In this document: in pieces, positions 60,137 through 64,000 of the stretch
Numbering within the stretch: position 1 is the stretch's first letter
Layout: every line of letters starts with the position of its first letter
Source of the DNA: an uncultured bacterium
GTDB taxonomy: Bacteria; Fidelibacterota; Marinisomatia; Marinisomatales; J089
Length of the DNA: 64,000 nt
Assembly: GCA_964535735.1 (NCBI GenBank)
Contig: CAZHTM010000008.1
Location: forward strand, 8,707 to 72,706
Direction: 5' to 3'
Notes under the pieces: model-generated
Seen by the model: only the letters and a program-made list of their open reading frames with translations
Told to the model about the DNA's origin: nothing
The model's database searches: none
Position numbers and translations under genes: made by a program

Positions 60137-62152
60137 ATGGCAGAGTTTCGAATCCATTCTGATTTCCAACCGCAAGGTGATCAACCCCAGGCCATTGAGC
60201 GTCTAGTGGAAGGGCTAAATACCGGGATCAAACATCAAGTCCTTTTGGGGGTAACCGGATCGGGAAAAACATTTACCATGGCCAAAGTGATTGAAGCAGT
60301 TCAACGGCCTACGTTGATCATCTCCCACAACAAAACTCTGGCGGCTCAATTGTATGGGGAATTCAAACAACTGTTTCCGGAAAATGCCGTGGAATTCTTT
60401 ATCAGTTACTACGATTATTATCAGCCGGAAGCCTATCTGCCGGTCACCGATACCTATATCGAAAAAGACATGTCCGCAAATGAGGAAATCGACAAACTGA
60501 GATTGAAGGCTACCAGTTCATTGCTGGAGCGGAAGGATGTCATTGTGGTGAGTTCCGTTTCCTGTATTTATGGCATTGGATCCCCCTCGGAATACAAAGA
60601 GCAGATGATCACCATTCGCAAAGGAGATATCCTGGACCGAAAGACGTTGCTTCGAAAATTGGTGAACATCCATTATCTACGGAATGAGATGGTCCTGGAG
60701 CGGGGAAATTTCAGGGTCCGCGGCGATGTTCTGGAGATTTTTCCGGCCTATGAGGATGTGTGCCTACGCATCGAATTCTTCGGTTCGGAAGTGGACGACA
60801 TGGTAACCTTCGATCCGCTTACCGGGGAATTGTTACGTAAACTGGATTTTGTCTCCATTTATCCGGCGAAGCATTTCGTTACCGATAAAAAGACCATCGG
60901 CCGGATCGTCATGGAAATCCAGAAAGACTTGGTAATCCGGGTGAAAGAATTACGGGACATGGGTAAACTGTTGGAAGCGCAACGGTTAGAACAGCGGACC
61001 AATTTTGATCTGGAGATGATCCAGGAAATCGGCTATTGTTCCGGCATAGAAAATTATTCCCGATATTTTTCAGGACGGAAACCAGGTGAACGTCCCTGGA
61101 CCTTGATGGATTTCTTCCCGGACAATTTTATTACTATTATCGATGAGTCCCATGTGACTTTACCGCAAATCCGCGGCATGTATAATGGAGATCGGAAGCG
61201 GAAAGAAACCCTGGTGGAATACGGGTTTCGTCTGCCCAGCGCGTTGGACAATCGCCCTATGAAAATTGATGAATTCATGGCGTTTCAAAATCAGGTGATC
61301 TATGCCTCCGCTACACCAGCGGAAGAGGAATTGAATTTGAGCGGCGGCCTGGTAGTGGAACAGGTGATCCGGCCCACAGGATTGATTGATCCGGAAGTAG
61401 AGGTGCGAAAAACCCGGGGACAGATCGACGATTTGTTTGGTGAAATCAATGCCCGGGTGGCACGGAATGAACGGATCTTGGTGACAACTCTCACCAAACG
61501 CATGGCTGAAGATTTAACCGAGTACCTGTCGGGATTGAATCTCCGTGTCCGCTATCTCCATTCAGACATTAATTCATTGGAACGGGTTAAAATACTACGG
61601 GACTTACGCTTAGGGGAATTCGATGTCCTGGTGGGGATCAACCTTTTGCGTGAGGGGTTGGATCTTCCGGAAGTGTCCCTGGTGGTGGTTCTGGACGCGG
61701 ATAAGCAAGGCTTTTTACGATCGCGGAGTTCGCTCATGCAAGTGGCGGGACGTGCCGCGCGTAATGTGGGTGGGAAAGTAATCCTGTATGCCGATTATGT
61801 ATCTGACGCCATGGATTATCTTATCAAGGAAACAGAACGACGACGTAAAATTCAGCTAGAATACAATCGTAAACACGGCATTACACCGAAAACCATCTAT
61901 AAATCCACGGAAGATATTATGCATTCCACGACGGTGGCGGATTCCCGAAAAGGGGAAGAAGATTCTTACACAAAAGGGCGGAGACTTAGCGATTTTGACC
62001 AGTTGGATCGACAAATGGCCTTAGAAATGATGCGGGAAGAAATGATAGAGGCGGCGGAAAAACTGGAATTTGAGCGTGCTGCCAAATTACGCGATGAAAT
62101 TCAACGCCTGGAAGGTGAACTTATTCCGGGATTTGGAAAAGGACGGCGATAA
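60137..62152 (+). CDS. uvrB: excinuclease ABC subunit B
   Basis: It carries [22 protein letters not shown], a beta-hairpin region [10 protein letters not shown] and the C-terminal UVR motif ([11 protein letters not shown]). Confidence 0.95.
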   Translation: MAEFRIHSDFQPQGDQPQAIERLVEGLNTGIKHQVLLGVTGSGKTFTMAKVIEAVQRPTLIISHNKTLAAQLYGEFKQLFPENAVEFFISYYDYYQPEAYLPVTDTYIEKDMSANEEIDKLRLKATSSLLERKDVIVVSSVSCIYGIGSPSEYKEQMITIRKGDILDRKTLLRKLVNIHYLRNEMVLERGNFRVRGDVLEIFPAYEDVCLRIEFFGSEVDDMVTFDPLTGELLRKLDFVSIYPAKHFVTDKKTIGRIVMEIQKDLVIRVKELRDMGKLLEAQRLEQRTNFDLEMIQEIGYCSGIENYSRYFSGRKPGERPWTLMDFFPDNFITIIDESHVTLPQIRGMYNGDRKRKETLVEYGFRLPSALDNRPMKIDEFMAFQNQVIYASATPAEEELNLSGGLVVEQVIRPTGLIDPEVEVRKTRGQIDDLFGEINARVARNERILVTTLTKRMAEDLTEYLSGLNLRVRYLHSDINSLERVKILRDLRLGEFDVLVGINLLREGLDLPEVSLVVVLDADKQGFLRSRSSLMQVAGRAARNVGGKVILYADYVSDAMDYLIKETERRRKIQLEYNRKHGITPKTIYKSTEDIMHSTTVADSRKGEEDSYTKGRRLSDFDQLDRQMALEMMREEMIEAAEKLEFERAAKLRDEIQRLEGELIPGFGKGRR

Positions 62153-62153
62153 C

Positions 62154-63128
62154 ATGAAAATTTTAATCACAGGCGGAGCCGGATATATTGGGTCTCATGT
62201 GGTGATGGATTGTTGTGATGCGGGCCATGATGTTGTAGTCTATGACGACTTATCCCTTGGCTTCCGTGAAAATGTAGACTACCGAGCACGGTTTATTCAG
62301 GGATCAACCTTGGATCGCAATCGATTACTGGACATCTGCGAACAGGAAACATTTGATGCGGTGATTCATTTGGCGGCCTGGAAGGCGGCCGGTGAATCCA
62401 TGCTGAATCCTGGCAAGTATCTGCGGAATAACCTGAATGGAACCTACACGCTCCTGGATGTGATGCTGGAAACCAACATCAATCTCTTTGTGTTCAGTTC
62501 CACCGCGGCAGTCTATGGCTATCCCCAGTATTTACCTCTGGACGAAGAGCATCCCACTGAACCCATTAACTATTACGGCTACACTAAACTGGCCATTGAA
62601 AAAAACCTGGACTGGATGGACAACCTGAAAGGTCTTCGGTTCGCCGCCCTCAGGTATTTTAATGCCGCCGGGTACGACGTAAAGAACCGTATCCATCACA
62701 TGGAACGGAATCCCGCCAATTTATTGCCCATCGTCATGGAAGTGGCCATAGGGAAACGGACGGAACTTCAAGTATTTGGCAATGATTATGATACGTCCGA
62801 TGGAACCGGCGTGCGGGATTATATTCATGTCAATGATTTAGCCAGCGCCCATGTGCGGGCGTTGGATCAGCTTCAGACGACACAGAAAAGTTTTACTGTG
62901 AATCTGGCAACTGGCGAAGGATATTCCGTGTTGGATGTGGTTAAGATGGCAGAAACGGTTTCAGGTCGCATGATTCCGTATCGAATCGTGGAACGACGGC
63001 CTGGCGATCCGGATAATCTGGTGGCCGTATCACATCGGGCCAAGGCACTTCTGAATTGGGAGCCCCAATACTCAGATTTGCGTACATTACTATCCAGTAT
63101 GTGGACATTGTATTCCAAGCTAGACTAA
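62154..63128 (+). CDS. galE: UDP-glucose 4-epimerase
   Basis: The ATG at 62154 gives MKILITGGAGYIGSH. It has the YxxxK motif (YGYTKLAIE) and DGTGVRDYIHV. The track start at 62070 lies inside uvrB. Confidence 0.9.
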   Translation: MKILITGGAGYIGSHVVMDCCDAGHDVVVYDDLSLGFRENVDYRARFIQGSTLDRNRLLDICEQETFDAVIHLAAWKAAGESMLNPGKYLRNNLNGTYTLLDVMLETNINLFVFSSTAAVYGYPQYLPLDEEHPTEPINYYGYTKLAIEKNLDWMDNLKGLRFAALRYFNAAGYDVKNRIHHMERNPANLLPIVMEVAIGKRTELQVFGNDYDTSDGTGVRDYIHVNDLASAHVRALDQLQTTQKSFTVNLATGEGYSVLDVVKMAETVSGRMIPYRIVERRPGDPDNLVAVSHRAKALLNWEPQYSDLRTLLSSMWTLYSKLD

Positions 63129-63139
63129 AAGGCCATAGG

Positions 63140-64000
63140 ATGGATTTAGAACGTTTACAGCGAACATCAGGTATTATCGGACGATCAGACGAGATCCGGG
63201 AAGTCCTGGAAATGATCCTTCAAGTGGCGCCGGTGGATATTTCCGTGCTGATTACCGGTGAATCGGGAACCGGAAAAGAGTTGGTGGCGAAAGCCATTCA
63301 TCAAAACAGCCGCCGGGCGCAGTATCCTCTGGTTGTGGTGAACTCCGGAGCCATTCCCAGCGGGATCATCGAAAGCGAATTGTTTGGGCATAAAAAAGGC
63401 GCTTACACGGGAGCCAGCGAGGATCGGAAAGGGTACTTTGAGACGGCCAATAAGGGGACTATTTTCCTGGATGAACTGGGCGAAACGCCCCTGGAGACCC
63501 AGGTCAAACTACTGCGCATTTTGGAGAGCGGAGAATTCATGCGCGTGGGAGATTCCCAAACCCTTCATACCGATGTGCGTCTGATTGCCGCCACTAACAA
63601 GGATTTGGAAGAGCAGGTTCGAAAAGGGGAATTTCGGCAGGATCTCTATTACCGCCTGAAAACGGTGACCATTCACGTGCCGCCCCTGAGGCACCGAATT
63701 GAAGATTTATCCATGCTCGTGGAACGGTTTGCCCTGGAATTCACCACCAGCAACGATATTCGTTATCGCGGGTTCACACCCGATGCGATTCGCCTTATGA
63801 AACAGTACGACTGGCCTGGGAATATTCGTGAGTTGAAAAACTTTGTGGAAAGTATTCTGGTATTGGAACGGGGCGAGCGCATTACGCCGGAAATGGTGGA
63901 ACGGACCCTGTTTAAAGATAGACCAGTGGAAATTCACAATCCATCCTTGCCTGTTCCCGTAAATCTGACGGCGGATCAGGCGGAGCGGGAATTGATCCTT
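63140..64000 (+). CDS. sigma-54-dependent transcriptional activator (AAA+ core starts at residue ~10), 3'-truncated at window edge
   Basis: It is not in the ORF track because there is no stop before the window end. My hand translation from the ATG at 63140 begins MDLERLQRTSGIIGRSDEIREV. It has Walker A GESGTGKE, ESELFGHKKGAYTGA (a GAFTGA variant), Walker B IFLDELGE, and WPGNIRELKN. Confidence 0.85.
   Translation, partial: MDLERLQRTSGIIGRSDEIREVLEMILQVAPVDISVLITGESGTGKELVAKAIHQNSRRAQYPLVVVNSGAIPSGIIESELFGHKKGAYTGASEDRKGYFETANKGTIFLDELGETPLETQVKLLRILESGEFMRVGDSQTLHTDVRLIAATNKDLEEQVRKGEFRQDLYYRLKTVTIHVPPLRHRIEDLSMLVERFALEFTTSNDIRYRGFTPDAIRLMKQYDWPGNIRELKNFVESILVLERGERITPEMVERTLFKDRPVEIHNPSLPVPVNLTADQAERELIL

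Noticed and set aside
6004-62153. N-terminal extensions of ORF-track models at 6004, 20003, 21058, 34303, 37318, 39974, 50204, 54513, 57230, 58729 and 62070.
   Set aside because: Each extension overlaps the upstream gene and adds non-homologous residues. In each case an internal start gives a proper signal peptide or the family-typical N-terminus, often on a 1-, 4- or 8-nt overlap.
1-64000. rRNA, tRNA, CRISPR arrays, transposases/integrases, prophage or toxin-antitoxin/defence modules, and compositional islands.
   Set aside because: The intergenic space is tiny, with the largest gaps about 150 nt. None of the gaps folds into an obvious tRNA cloverleaf, and none contains spaced direct repeats. 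No ORF shows DDE, tyrosine-recombinase or defence-type motifs. I cannot compute GC or codon skew by eye, so a subtle compositional island cannot be excluded.

Overview
This is a gene-dense 64-kb window (roughly 95% coding) with only two short minus-strand segments. Four encoded proteins end in Bacteroidota-style T9SS C-terminal sorting domains (YPNPFN ... GxYF/Y ... K), so by inference the host is an uncultivated-type diderm of the FCB radiation. Clear AGGAGG-type RBSs are nevertheless used. Content from left to right: (i) 1-11659 is a translationally coupled type IV pilus operon: unknown large protein, pilM-N-O-P-Q, an 873-aa Big-domain lipoprotein, pilB, pilC. (ii) 11757-29631 is an ~18-kb accessory block in which a poly-gamma-glutamate (PGA) synthase core (pgsB, pgsC, PGA-system protein) is packed together with two gingipain-family (C25) paralogues, an M14 carboxypeptidase, a 16-repeat T9SS protein, an LVIVD lipoprotein and two unknown envelope proteins. 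(iii) 29878-32682 is a minus-strand four-gene unit ending in a HEXXH T9SS protein. (iv) 32760-64000 is mostly housekeeping (alaS, ridA, hutH, guaB, rpsT, tatC, ispB-like, waaA, ftsY, rimO, uvrB, galE, an exonuclease-DinG fusion). It also holds a membrane protein / ferredoxin / geranylgeranyl-reductase operon, an NSS transporter, a Crp/Fnr regulator and a domain-minimal sigma-54 activator that is truncated at the window end. I saw no rRNA, tRNA, CRISPR array, transposase/integrase or recognisable defence system. The best candidate for something undescribed is the PGA / envelope / T9SS-peptidase block. All function calls rest on by-eye motif and architecture recognition. No database search, structure prediction or statistical computation was run.
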